The notes under the pieces were generated by a model, which was given only the letters and a program-made list of their open reading frames with translations, was not told the origin of the DNA and searched no databases. A stretch of DNA of 64,000 nt from Chthoniobacteraceae bacterium (lineage in GTDB: Bacteria > Verrucomicrobiota > Verrucomicrobiia > Chthoniobacterales > Chthoniobacteraceae). Shown one piece after another: positions 50,803 to 60,451 of the stretch. Each line of letters starts with the position of its first letter. Position 1 is the first letter of the stretch. The translations under genes and the position numbers were made by a program. The stretch covers positions 1-64,000 of the forward strand of contig JBBCKI010000050.1 of assembly GCA_037190965.1 (NCBI GenBank), in the 5' to 3' direction.

Positions 50803-51067
50803 CGGAGAGATTCCCCCTAAAGACGATCACGCGGTCGAATTCGCGGCAATCCGCTGAGAATTCGGCCAATCTGGCGTAACCGATTAAAGGGGGGAACCTC
50901 CGGGAGACGCATCGCCCGGTTCGTTAGGCGTTTGCACCTTCGACCAAATCCCGGACGTTGTCAAATTCTTCCGGGAATTCTGATAAAAGCTCTGGCGCAA
51001 CCTTCGGCGCCAGAGCGATTTACGTTACAAGGTGCTGCCGCACCCTCGAGCCCTGGGAGAAAACCCC

Positions 51068-52906
51068 TTACAGCGCGCTGGGCAGATTCGCCCCGTCTGC
51101 GGCGCTCGGCATGGCTCCCACGGAGTCAATGATAACATCCTTGTAGGTCATGCCGCCCGGGATCATCGGGAGAACGTGCTCGGTGTAGGGTACCATGACG
51201 TCGAGGACGTAGACCTCCTTGGAGTCGAGCATCCGCTGGATCGCTCCGGCGAGGTCTTTCTTGTGGATGACCCGTTCGCAGGTCACGCCGAAGCCCGCGC
51301 ACATGGCGATATAGTCCGGGTAGATTCTCTGGAGATCCTGGGGATCCCCCAGGAAGGTGTGGGCGCGATTGCTCCCGTACTTGAGATCTTCCCACTGCAC
51401 CACCATGCCGAGGTGCTGGTTGTTGAGGATGATCGCCTTGGCCGCGATCTTCTCGACGTGCGCGCAGGCCAGCTCTTGAACGTTCATCAGGAACGAGCCG
51501 TCACCGTCGATGTCGATGACTTCGAGATCCGGGCGGGCGACCTTCGCGCCCATGGCGGCCGGGTAGCCGAAGCCCATCGTGCCGAGACCGGCCGAAGTCA
51601 GAAATGTGCGGGGATTGCGGAAATTGTAGTGCTGCCCGGCCCACATCTGGTGCTGGCCGACGCCGGTGGTGATGATCGCGTTCCCCTCGGTCATTTTGTC
51701 GAGAAGCTCGATCACGTACTGCGGCTGAATGACGTCGTCGGTGTCCTTGTAGGAGAGCGGGAATTTTTCCTTCCACGCGGCGATCTTCTCGTACCAGGCC
51801 GGGAAGGCGGTGAACCCGCTCTTCACGCGCTCCTTGCCGGCGCATGCCAGCAGTTCGTTGAGGCGGCCGAGGGCGTATTTCACATCGCTCTGGATCGGCA
51901 GACGGACGACCTTGTTCTTGTTGATCTCCGAGTTGTCGATGTCGATATGGACGATGGTGCCGTGCTCGCAGAATTTCTCGATCTTGCCGGTCACGCGGTC
52001 GTCAAAACGGACGCCGATGGCCAGAAGCAGGTCAGCCTCGTTCACGGCATTGTTGGCATACACGGTGCCGTGCATCCCGAGCCATTTGAGGGAGAGAGGG
52101 TGCGTTTCCGGGAACGCGCCAATGCCCATGAGGGTGGTGGCGACCGGAATGCCGGTGCGCTCGACAAATTCCATCAGTTCCGGCGAAGCCTCGCCCGAGA
52201 TGATGCCGCCGCCGCAGTAGATCATCGGCGCCTTGGCGGAGCCAAGCATTCCGATCAATTCATTGAGGGCGACATCGTCGGCCTTGGGAGCCGGGTTGTA
52301 GCCAGGGAGATCGACGCTCTTCGGGAAAATCGGCTGCGTCTTGCCTTCCTGGACGTTCTTGGGCATGTCGATCAAGACCGGGCCGGGACGGCCGCTCTGG
52401 GCGATGTAAAACGCCTCTTTGACGATCCGGGGGATGTCGTTGACGTCGAGCACCAGATAGTTGTGCTTCACGACCGGCAGCGTCATGCCGAACACGTCGG
52501 TCTCCTGAAACGCTCCCTTGCCGATCATCCAGGTCGGCACCTGCCCGGTGATCGCCACCAGCGGCACGGAGTCGAGGTAGGCATCGGCAATGCCGGTAAT
52601 CAAATTGGTGGCCCCGGGGCCGGAGGTCGCCATCACCACGCCGGCCTTGCCGGTGGTCCGGGCATACCCTTCCGCAGCAAAGACACCCCCCTGCTCATGG
52701 CGGGGAAGGATGGTGCGGATCTGGCTGGAGCGGGTCAACGCCTGGTGAATCGGCATGCTCGCGCCGCCGGGATAAGCGAAAATCGTATCCACGCCTTCGC
52801 GCTCCAGACACTTTACAAGAATCTCCGCACCGCTCATGACTTCGCCGCGTTCGGGCAGCGAATTCGGGGCTTCAGTCGGGGACGGATTGGAAATCTGCGT
52901 ACTCAT
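51068..52906 (-). CDS. ilvB: Acetolactate synthase large subunit
   Basis: [34 protein letters not shown] and [11 protein letters not shown] motifs. Confidence 0.96.
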   Translation of the reverse strand: MSTQISNPSPTEAPNSLPERGEVMSGAEILVKCLEREGVDTIFAYPGGASMPIHQALTRSSQIRTILPRHEQGGVFAAEGYARTTGKAGVVMATSGPGATNLITGIADAYLDSVPLVAITGQVPTWMIGKGAFQETDVFGMTLPVVKHNYLVLDVNDIPRIVKEAFYIAQSGRPGPVLIDMPKNVQEGKTQPIFPKSVDLPGYNPAPKADDVALNELIGMLGSAKAPMIYCGGGIISGEASPELMEFVERTGIPVATTLMGIGAFPETHPLSLKWLGMHGTVYANNAVNEADLLLAIGVRFDDRVTGKIEKFCEHGTIVHIDIDNSEINKNKVVRLPIQSDVKYALGRLNELLACAGKERVKSGFTAFPAWYEKIAAWKEKFPLSYKDTDDVIQPQYVIELLDKMTEGNAIITTGVGQHQMWAGQHYNFRNPRTFLTSAGLGTMGFGYPAAMGAKVARPDLEVIDIDGDGSFLMNVQELACAHVEKIAAKAIILNNQHLGMVVQWEDLKYGSNRAHTFLGDPQDLQRIYPDYIAMCAGFGVTCERVIHKKDLAGAIQRMLDSKEVYVLDVMVPYTEHVLPMIPGGMTYKDVIIDSVGAMPSAADGANLPSAL

Positions 52907-52957
52907 ATTAGATCAAAGGGTCGCACAACCTAGAGAGCCTTCCCTGACAGATCAAGC

Positions 52958-53677
52958 ATGGAATCCTTGCTCGAAATGGGGGGTCTGGTTCACAATGATT
53001 CCGTTTTGCAGGAACCCCGCTTTGTCCAGACCCTTTTCGGAGCGATCGCCCGCCGCTACGATCTTGCCAACCGCCTTCTGAGCGGAGGGCTCGATATCTT
53101 CTGGCGACGCCGCGCGGCGCGGTTGGTGCGGAGTTGGAACCCCGGAAACCTCCTTGACCTCGCGACGGGGAGCGGCGACGTGGCCCTGACCCTGCGCAAG
53201 TATTGCCCGGACACCCGGATCATCGGAGCGGATTTCTGCGTCCCGATGCTTCAGGAGGCGCGGCGCAAAGGATTTGTGGACGTCATCGCGGCGGACGGGA
53301 TGGCCCTCCCCTTTCCTGCCGACAGTTTTGACGTGGTGACGATCGCCTTCGGCCTGCGCAACATGGCGTCCTATCCAGGCGCGCTGGAAGAAATGCGGCG
53401 TGTATTGCGGCCCGGGGGTCATGTGCTCATTCTCGACTTTTCCGTGCCGCCCCCTCCCCTACGGTGGATCTACCGGCCTTACCTGCATTATATCCTCCCC
53501 AGGATCGCGGGCCTGCTCACCGGAGAAATGGCGGCCTATCAATATCTGGGCGAGTCGATCGAAAAATTCCCCTCGGGGGAAGCGATGAAGGAATTACTCC
53601 GGTGCGCCGGATTCCACGATCCGAAAGCTGAGCCGTTAAGTGGCGGCATCGTCTCGCTTTATACGGCAAAGGCCTAA
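52958..53677 (+). CDS. UbiE/MenG-family C-methyltransferase
   Basis: YDLANRLLSGG, LDLATGSGD, AFGLRN, RVLRPGG and YLGESI motifs; real start may be the TTG near 53006. Confidence 0.9.
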   Translation: MESLLEMGGLVHNDSVLQEPRFVQTLFGAIARRYDLANRLLSGGLDIFWRRRAARLVRSWNPGNLLDLATGSGDVALTLRKYCPDTRIIGADFCVPMLQEARRKGFVDVIAADGMALPFPADSFDVVTIAFGLRNMASYPGALEEMRRVLRPGGHVLILDFSVPPPPLRWIYRPYLHYILPRIAGLLTGEMAAYQYLGESIEKFPSGEAMKELLRCAGFHDPKAEPLSGGIVSLYTAKA

Positions 53678-53914
53678 CCCCCGTCCATCTCCCGGAAAAA
53701 ATTGGGGAGGGTCTTTGAGTCAATGCCCCAAAAGTCTTACGCGACCCGCGTTTCCGGACAGAAGGTCGGACTCAAGGCGTTGGAAACCTTACGCGAACGA
53801 GGTTAAGTCGGATTCGGGGCTTGCCAGACCCCAAAATGGGTGACTTATAGCTCGACTGTCTTTAAACACCGTCAAATTCCAAGAACCTGAACGGAATCCA
53901 AGGTAACATTAAAT

Positions 53915-54775
53915 ATGACAAAATTTCACGTCCGACTCAGGAACGGTCAATCCGACGTTTATGACGAAGATCAGGTAAAGACAATGCATCGAAAGGGGTT
54001 GTTTGATGATGACACTCCCTGCCGGACAGAAGAAATGACGGATTGGAAGCCACTTCGGCAGATGTTGCCGCAGCTCGCCAACGCCGATCCTCTTCCCCCT
54101 CCCCTCCCCCTTCCCCGGTCCAAGAAACAAAGCAACTATGCATTCAGGAGAAGCCCCAAAAGGCTGACCCAGAGCCTCAAAGTCATGCTATGGATCCTTC
54201 TCGGCACTCTCATCGTCAATTTGGCCAGTGATTTCCAGCAGTTGAGTCTGGCGAAAAGCGGGAGCATCACGACCGAGGCGGCTACCGCCAACGACGCAAG
54301 ACAACGGATGATGGCCTTTCTCTATCTGGGGGCATTCATTCCTACCGGCATCCTATTTTTAAGGTGGATTCACCGCGCCACCCTCAATTGCCGCGGCTTT
54401 ACCAGTGGCATGAATTTCACGCCGGGATGGTCTATCGGATTTTACTTCATCCCGTTCATGAACCTGTTCAAACCGTATCAAGCCATGAAGGAGATATGGC
54501 AAGTCAGCAGAGATCCCTTTAGCTGGCAGGTCCAAGCCACACCCTTTATTCTAAAAGCTTGGTGGACGCTCTGGATTTCTTCTGCACTCCTTACTCGAAT
54601 TTCGCTACGGATGAAAGGAAGAGTGACTTCTCCGGATACCCTTGTCGATGCCACGATCGTTTCCATTACATCATCTCTTGTCGATATCCTGCTGATCATC
54701 GTGGCCGTGACCATGATCTCCCGTATTTCCAAGATGCAGGAAAAGCTGACACAAACGGCTGACTTTGAGAATTAG
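53915..54775 (+). CDS. DUF4328 membrane protein with N-terminal GYF_2-like domain
   Basis: EEMTDWKPL, Pro-rich linker, FLRWIHRA..N, TPGWSIGFYFIPFMNLFKPYQAMKEIW and WWTLW motifs. Confidence 0.8.
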   Translation: MTKFHVRLRNGQSDVYDEDQVKTMHRKGLFDDDTPCRTEEMTDWKPLRQMLPQLANADPLPPPLPLPRSKKQSNYAFRRSPKRLTQSLKVMLWILLGTLIVNLASDFQQLSLAKSGSITTEAATANDARQRMMAFLYLGAFIPTGILFLRWIHRATLNCRGFTSGMNFTPGWSIGFYFIPFMNLFKPYQAMKEIWQVSRDPFSWQVQATPFILKAWWTLWISSALLTRISLRMKGRVTSPDTLVDATIVSITSSLVDILLIIVAVTMISRISKMQEKLTQTADFEN

Positions 54776-54806
54776 CGCGATTTGAATCGCTCCGTCAGCA
54801 GGGTCT

Positions 54807-55667
54807 CTAATCCGGCTCGATGTGTACCAGCGCGTCGCGGATGGCCGAGTTGAACTCCCGCAAGCGATCCTTGACGGCATGGGCGATGGTGTGACCTTCG
54901 CGAACGCTCAGGCTCCCGCTCACGCGGACGTGGATATCCACATAATATTCCATGCCCATTTTACGGACGAAGCATTTATCGAGAGTCTTCACCCCGGGCA
55001 CTTCGAGCGCCGCCGACCGGATGGCTTCGCTGAATGCTTTGGGAGGCGCGGTATCCATCACCTCATGCAGTGCGGGAATCATCAGCCGCACGCCGTTGAA
55101 CGCGATCAGCCCGCACGCGAAGAGCGCGGCGTAATCGTCGGCGGTTTCGAATCCCGGGCCGCCGATCAGCGCCACGGAGATCCCGATGAACGCGGAGGCG
55201 GAGGTGATCGCATCGGAACGGTGATGCCAGGCGTCGGCCTTGAGGGCGGTGCTCTCCCCGGCTTTCTGTTCCACGAAACGGAAAAGGCCTTCCTTCACAA
55301 TGATCACAAACACCAGCACCGCAAGGGTAAACGGCTTGGGAGTGTGATGGGGCGTCATGATTTCCCGAATGCTCTCGATGGCCAGACCGACGGCGGCGCC
55401 GATGACGATCAAGGCGACGAGCGCGGCGGCGATCGGCTCCGCTTTGCCATGGCCGTAGGGGTGGCGCTCGTCGGCTGGTTTCCCGGCAAATTTCAGCCCG
55501 CTCCAGATCACGAGGGAACCGCCGATATCGAGGATCGATTCCACGCCGTCCGCGATCAAGGCATAGGCGTTCCCAATGACCCCGGCCCCGATCTTGATCA
55601 CGGCCAGCGCCGCATTGACGAAAATTCCCAACAACGCAAGGCGTTGGCCGGATTTGGTAGCGGACAT
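54807..55667 (-). CDS. Cation diffusion facilitator transporter (FieF-like)
   Basis: ALIADGVES, PADERHPYGHGKAE, ADAWHHRSD and VHIEP motifs. Confidence 0.92.
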   Translation of the reverse strand: MSATKSGQRLALLGIFVNAALAVIKIGAGVIGNAYALIADGVESILDIGGSLVIWSGLKFAGKPADERHPYGHGKAEPIAAALVALIVIGAAVGLAIESIREIMTPHHTPKPFTLAVLVFVIIVKEGLFRFVEQKAGESTALKADAWHHRSDAITSASAFIGISVALIGGPGFETADDYAALFACGLIAFNGVRLMIPALHEVMDTAPPKAFSEAIRSAALEVPGVKTLDKCFVRKMGMEYYVDIHVRVSGSLSVREGHTIAHAVKDRLREFNSAIRDALVHIEPD

Positions 55668-55795
55668 TCCGGAGAAATTCGCGGGTCGGAGAATGGTGGT
55701 CAAGCCTGCGTTTTTTCCTCAATCCGTGCCGGGGGAATCCGGCATTGACCCGCCGTGCGGCAAGACGCACCCTAGCGGAAACTCGAAACCTTCTT

Positions 55796-56791
55796 ATGCC
55801 TACCGCCGCGATCTATTCCCGCCACGGAAACCCTTTGGAGGTCCTGGAAACCGTCACCGCCGAGCTTTCCGCGCCCGGCCCCGGCGAAGCCCTGGTTTCC
55901 GGCATTCTCGCCCCGATCAACCCGGCCGATCTCAACGCCATCGAGGGGACCTACCCGACGCGTCAGCAACCGCCCGCCACCCCGGGCGTGGAGGGGGCGG
56001 GGGTCGTGACCGCCGTCGGGCCGGGAGTGGAAGCGAGCAGCGGCATCGCTCCGGGTGTCACGGTTCTCCTCCCGCACGGGTACGGCACCTGGCGGGAAGC
56101 GGGCGTCCTCAAGGCGGATCAGTTGACGCCCGTGCCGCAGGATGTTCCGTTCCGAGAAGCGGCGATGCTCAAGATCAACCCCGCGACCGCGTGGCGGATG
56201 TTGCATGATTTCGGGCCCCAGGAGGAGGGTGGCTGGGTGATCCAGAATGCGGCAAACTCGGCGGTGGGCCGTCATGTGATCGCCATCGCGCGGGAGCTTG
56301 GCCTCAAGACCGTCAACGTCGTGCGCAGAGCGGAGCTGATTGGGGAACTGACCGGGATTGGAGCCGATGCGGTGATTCTGGAGAACGACGCCACGAAAGA
56401 GAATATCGCCGAAGTAACCCAGGGCGCGCCGATTTCCCTCGCGCTCAACGCGGTGGGTGGGGAGAGCGCCATGCGGCTGGCCAGCGCGCTAGCGCCGGGC
56501 GGCGTGATGGTGACGTATGGGGCCATGAGCCGTCAGGCGCTCAAGATTCCCGCCGGGCAATTGATTTTCAAAGACCTGCAATTCCGGGGATTCTGGGTCT
56601 CGCGCTGGTACGAACAGGCCGACCCGGCTGACCGGCAGGCGATGTTTTTGCGGTTGTTCGATCTGGCGAGGCTGGGTGTCATTCATACACCGGTGGAACG
56701 GGTCTACCCGGTGGCTGAGGTGCGGGAAGCGGCTGCCCGGGCGATGGAGGGCGAGCGGAGCGGGAAGATTTTGCTGGGGACGGAGCGGTAG
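55796..56791 (+). CDS. MDR-family 2-enoyl thioester reductase (ETR/MECR-like)
   Basis: APINPADLNAIEGTY, INPATAWRML, QNAANSAVG, NAVGG and TYGAMS motifs. Confidence 0.88.
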   Translation: MPTAAIYSRHGNPLEVLETVTAELSAPGPGEALVSGILAPINPADLNAIEGTYPTRQQPPATPGVEGAGVVTAVGPGVEASSGIAPGVTVLLPHGYGTWREAGVLKADQLTPVPQDVPFREAAMLKINPATAWRMLHDFGPQEEGGWVIQNAANSAVGRHVIAIARELGLKTVNVVRRAELIGELTGIGADAVILENDATKENIAEVTQGAPISLALNAVGGESAMRLASALAPGGVMVTYGAMSRQALKIPAGQLIFKDLQFRGFWVSRWYEQADPADRQAMFLRLFDLARLGVIHTPVERVYPVAEVREAAARAMEGERSGKILLGTER

Positions 56792-56813
56792 GGGGCTAAG
56801 GGCGGAGCGGGGT

Positions 56814-56846
56814 CGATACCCGCGCTCTCGGCGAGAGCGTGCTACC
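56814..56846. repeat. Single REP at the RAYT 3' end
   Basis: Minus strand GGTAGCACGCTCTCGCCGAGAGCGCGGGTATCG; its TAG is the RAYT stop codon. Confidence 0.9.
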
Positions 56847-57288
56847 TTTGGGCTTCGGACAGGACGTAGGGCCAATCTTCGGCGGTGATCACTAGGCCCG
56901 CCCTCACCGGGTTTTCGAGAATGTAGGCGGCCTTGTGCTCGAAACTTTCGTTTCCGCGAAGGCGATGATCGAAGAAGTTGGACTGCCATTCCACTCCGCA
57001 TTGAGCAGAAGTCCAACGCTTCCAAGCGGCCACGGTTTTCTGGATAAGCCGCTCCTGTGGAAACGAAAGCAACGCGTGACAGTGGTCGGGCATCAGCAGA
57101 AACAAATGCGGATACCAGTGTCCCAATTCCTCCCGATACCTTACCGATTCCAACACCAACCGGCTGATCTTGGGCTGCGCCAATTGATTCCTTCCACGAA
57201 CCGCGCAACAAATCGTCACGAACCAGACCTCCCGAGCGGGGTCAATCCAAGGGGGTGCCTCATGCACTAACGGTCTGCGGATGGCCAT
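56842..57288 (-). CDS. REP-associated tyrosine transposase (RAYT, HUH Y1)
   Basis: WFVTIC, LMPDHCH (HUH), WQSNFFDH and YILENPVRAGL..DWPY motifs; flanked by REPs. Confidence 0.93.
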   Translation of the reverse strand: MAIRRPLVHEAPPWIDPAREVWFVTICCAVRGRNQLAQPKISRLVLESVRYREELGHWYPHLFLLMPDHCHALLSFPQERLIQKTVAAWKRWTSAQCGVEWQSNFFDHRLRGNESFEHKAAYILENPVRAGLVITAEDWPYVLSEAQR

Positions 57289-57329
57289 GGAGCTATCCTG
57301 TACCAACCCGCTTCAGATACACAACGCCT

Positions 57330-57477
57330 GGTAGCACGCTCTCGCCGAGAGCGCGGGTATCGGCTCCCGAGGCTCGTTCAGCCTCACGTCCCAACAAACA
57401 CCGATCGCGTCCGGCGGGGATGAACGTCAAACGCGCCACCACCTCAATTCCCGCGCTCTCGGCGAGAGCGTGCTACC
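57330..57477. repeat. REPIN upstream of RAYT
   Basis: GGTAGCACGCTCTCGCCGAGAGCGCGGG ... CCCGCGCTCTCGGCGAGAGCGTGCTACC. Confidence 0.92.
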
Positions 57478-57539
57478 TTTAGTCCTCATTTTTCCGGTTT
57501 TGCTTTTTTCACGGCGACCGCTACGCTGCCGATTCGCCG

Positions 57540-58259
57540 ATGGACAAAGACTACAAAGTGAAGCTCGAAGTATTCGAGGGGCCTCTCGATCTCCTGCTCT
57601 ATTTGATCAAGCGGGACGAGATCGACATTTACGACATCCCGATCGAGCACATCACCAAACAGTACCTGGAGTATCTCGATGCCTTCAAGGTTCTCGACAT
57701 CGACATCGCGGGGGAATTCGTGGTGATGGCAGCCAACCTGATTTACATCAAAAGCCGCAGCCTGCTTCCTCCCGCGCAGCAACCGCCAGAGGAAGGGGTG
57801 GAGGAGGAAGATCCGCGCTTCGAACTCGTCCGCCAGCTTCTCGAATACAAAAAATTCAAAGACGCCGCCGCCCACCTCGGCGAGCGCGAGGCGGTGCAAA
57901 GCTCCATTTATGGCCGCATTCCGGAAGCTCCCGAGGCTCCGGCGGAACGCCCGATGGCGGAAGTCAGCATTTTCGACCTGATCAACGCCTTCCAGAAGGT
58001 GCTAAAGCGGGTCACGAAGACCGAGGATCTCCGCGAGATTTTCGAGGAGAACTTCACCGTTTCAGACAAGATCGAGTTCGTGCTCAAGATGACGGGCTCC
58101 GGCGTGCCGCTGAAGTTCACCGAACTCTTCACCGACTCCGTCTCCCGCGCGGAGATCGTCGTGACCTTCCTCGCCCTGCTGGAACTGATCCGGCTCAAGC
58201 AGATCCGGGTGATCCAGCCGGAACCGTTTGCGGAAATTGAACTCAACCGCGTGATCTGA
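57540..58259 (+). CDS. scpA: Segregation and condensation protein A
   Basis: FEGPLDLLLYLI, KSRSLLP and VVTFLALLEL motifs. Confidence 0.96.
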   Translation: MDKDYKVKLEVFEGPLDLLLYLIKRDEIDIYDIPIEHITKQYLEYLDAFKVLDIDIAGEFVVMAANLIYIKSRSLLPPAQQPPEEGVEEEDPRFELVRQLLEYKKFKDAAAHLGEREAVQSSIYGRIPEAPEAPAERPMAEVSIFDLINAFQKVLKRVTKTEDLREIFEENFTVSDKIEFVLKMTGSGVPLKFTELFTDSVSRAEIVVTFLALLELIRLKQIRVIQPEPFAEIELNRVI

Positions 58260-58265
58260 CCGCCC

Positions 58266-59078
58266 ATGCTGCTAAAGGAAGTCATCGAGGCGCTGATTTT
58301 CGCCTCTCAAAAGCCGCTCTCCCTCAAGGAAATCGTCGCCGCGCTCAAAGCCGCGCTCGACGATACCGATGAGGATGAGGCTGTCCGCGCTCTCGCCAAA
58401 ACCAAGGAGCCGGAAGTAGCCGCCCTGCTGGAAGAACTCAAGATCGAGTATATCCAGAGCAACCGCGCGTTTCAGCTCGCGGAACAGGCGAGCGGTTGGG
58501 CCATCGTCACGAAACCGGAGTACGGCCTTTGGGTTCGCCAGCTTTATCCCGAGAGCAAACCGACCCGCCTGAGCGGACCCGCGCTTGAAACGCTTGCGAT
58601 CATCGCCTATCGACAGCCAATCACCCGCGCCGATATCGAGGCCGTGCGTGGCGTCGCGGTGGACGGCGTGATGCAGAGCCTCCTCGACCGGAGCCTCGTC
58701 CGCATCGCCGGACGCGCGGAGATCCCCGGCCGCCCGCTGCTCTATGAAACCACGCAAGTCTTCATGGAGCACTTTGGCCTGCGGACCCTGGGCGAACTCC
58801 CCAACAGCGACGAACTGCGGCGGGTAAGTCTCCCGGCTGCGCCTGCTGAAGAGGAGAAGAAGGGAAAGAAGAAGACCGGAGAGCGGAAAGCGGAAACCGA
58901 AGAGCCCCCGGAAGCGGCGAAAGCCGCAGAGCCGGAACCGTCTCAAACTCCTGAACCGGAACCGGAGCAATCAGCACCCGAACCGGAGCAATTGACATCC
59001 GAGCCGGAGCCGCCCGCGGAGGAACCAGCCTCCCCCGATCAACCTGAAGCTCAAGAGGAAACCAGCCAACTTGGCTGA
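58266..59078 (+). CDS. scpB: Segregation and condensation protein B
   Basis: IEALIFAS, ETLAIIAYRQPITRADIEAVRGV and GRPLLYETT motifs; E/P-rich tail. Confidence 0.96.
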   Translation: MLLKEVIEALIFASQKPLSLKEIVAALKAALDDTDEDEAVRALAKTKEPEVAALLEELKIEYIQSNRAFQLAEQASGWAIVTKPEYGLWVRQLYPESKPTRLSGPALETLAIIAYRQPITRADIEAVRGVAVDGVMQSLLDRSLVRIAGRAEIPGRPLLYETTQVFMEHFGLRTLGELPNSDELRRVSLPAAPAEEEKKGKKKTGERKAETEEPPEAAKAAEPEPSQTPEPEPEQSAPEPEQLTSEPEPPAEEPASPDQPEAQEETSQLG

Positions 59079-59113
59079 CGCCCGGCGCAATCCGGTTTAT
59101 AGAATCAGATCCC

Positions 59114-60184
59114 ATGCCGCTGACCGAAGTCCGAAAAAAAATCGACGCCCTCGACGCCAAGCTCCTTGAGCTGCTCAACCAACGCGCCGACCTCGTCCAT
59201 GAGGTAGGCGAGATCAAGCGGCAAAACGGCGGGGCCATCTTTGCGCCTGACCGTGAGGAGGCGCTGCTTCGCTCTCTCGTCTCGCGCAACACGGAAATCG
59301 GAGGGCGACTCCCCGCCTCCGCCATCCGGGCCATTTACCGGGAGATCATGTCGGCCTCCTACGCGCTCGAAAAAGGGCTGGTGATCGCTTACCTCGGCCC
59401 AGCGGGGACTTACACTCACGAAGCGGCGCGCATGAAATTCGGCGCGAGCGTGGAGTATGATTCGCAGTCGAGCATCTCGGAAGTCTTCAATGCCGTCGCG
59501 CGGGGCAAGGCCGATTTCGGCGTGGTCCCCATCGAGAACTCCACCGAGGGTGCCGTGACCCACACGCTCGACGAGTTTATGGACACGGATCTAAAGATCT
59601 GCGCGCAGTTGCTCCTGAAGATCGACCATAACCTGATCGCGCGCGGTCCCCGCGAGAAGATTCACAAGATCTATTCGCACCCGCAGTCACTCGGGCAATG
59701 CCGCCAGTGGCTTCGGAGCCATTTCCCGTCCGTGGAGCTGGTGGAAGCCGCCAGCAATACCCGCGCCGTGCAGCTTGCCGCCGAGGAACCGGGGGCGGCC
59801 GCCATCGCGGGACGCATGGCCGCGGAGCTCTACGAGATGCCCATTGTGGAAGCCTCCATCCAGGACAACGCCAATAATACGACGCGCTTCCTGGTAATCG
59901 GCCCTCATTCCTGCCCGCCCACCGGGAATGACAAGACTTCCCTCATGTTTACCGTGCGCGACAAGAGCGGGGCGCTCTTCGCCGCGCTGGAGCCGTTCAA
60001 CCGGTTGGGCATCTCGATGAGCAAGATCGAAAGCCGCCCCTCCAAAAAGAAAGCGTGGGAATATTTCTTCTTCGTCGATCTGGAAGGTCACGCCGAGGAA
60101 CCCACCCTCGCGGGCGCGCTTGCCGACCTGGAAAGATGCGCCACGCGGGTCAAGATTCTCGGGAGTTACCCGAAGATTCCGTAA
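59114..60184 (+). CDS. pheA: Chorismate mutase/prephenate dehydratase
   Basis: RKKIDALD, YLGPAGT, PIENSTEG, NTTRF, ESRP and LGSYP motifs. Confidence 0.95.
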   Translation: MPLTEVRKKIDALDAKLLELLNQRADLVHEVGEIKRQNGGAIFAPDREEALLRSLVSRNTEIGGRLPASAIRAIYREIMSASYALEKGLVIAYLGPAGTYTHEAARMKFGASVEYDSQSSISEVFNAVARGKADFGVVPIENSTEGAVTHTLDEFMDTDLKICAQLLLKIDHNLIARGPREKIHKIYSHPQSLGQCRQWLRSHFPSVELVEAASNTRAVQLAAEEPGAAAIAGRMAAELYEMPIVEASIQDNANNTTRFLVIGPHSCPPTGNDKTSLMFTVRDKSGALFAALEPFNRLGISMSKIESRPSKKKAWEYFFFVDLEGHAEEPTLAGALADLERCATRVKILGSYPKIP

Positions 60185-60270
60185 TTTGCCGTTTGCATTT
60201 TTTTTGGAATCCGGGCAGATTCGCCCACTCTTCCACGGGAAACCCTGGAAAAGACGTGGAAAAAGGCAAC

Positions 60271-60354
60271 GCTCACGTGGCGGAATGGCAGACGCGTACG
60301 ACTCAGAATCGTATGGGGAAACCCGTGGAGGTTCAACTCCTCTCGTGAGCACCA
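60271..60354 (+). tRNA. tRNA-Leu(CAG)
   Basis: GCTCACG..TACGA-CT-CAG-AA-TCGTA, variable arm GGG-GAAA-CCC, GGTTCAACTCC, CGTGAGC-A-CCA. Confidence 0.96.
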
Positions 60355-60451
60355 CTTCTTTACGGATCAAGTTCGATTCCAAAGAATAAAGAGCCTCCGG
60401 TTGCGCTGGAGGCGGGAACCTGCAAATCTCCTTGCAACCAAATCGCCCCAC

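Noticed and set aside
50880..50945. c-di-GMP riboswitch or SRP RNA upstream of nusA
   Set aside because: Required conserved motifs not found
47494..52933. Long plus-strand ORFs (628, 438 and 633 aa) opposite infB, nusA and ilvB
   Set aside because: Antisense shadows of GC-rich codon usage; no recognisable motifs
58950..59015. ~21-bp tandem repeat in the scpB 3' end
   Set aside because: Encodes an ordinary EPEQ low-complexity tail; not a CRISPR or mobile element
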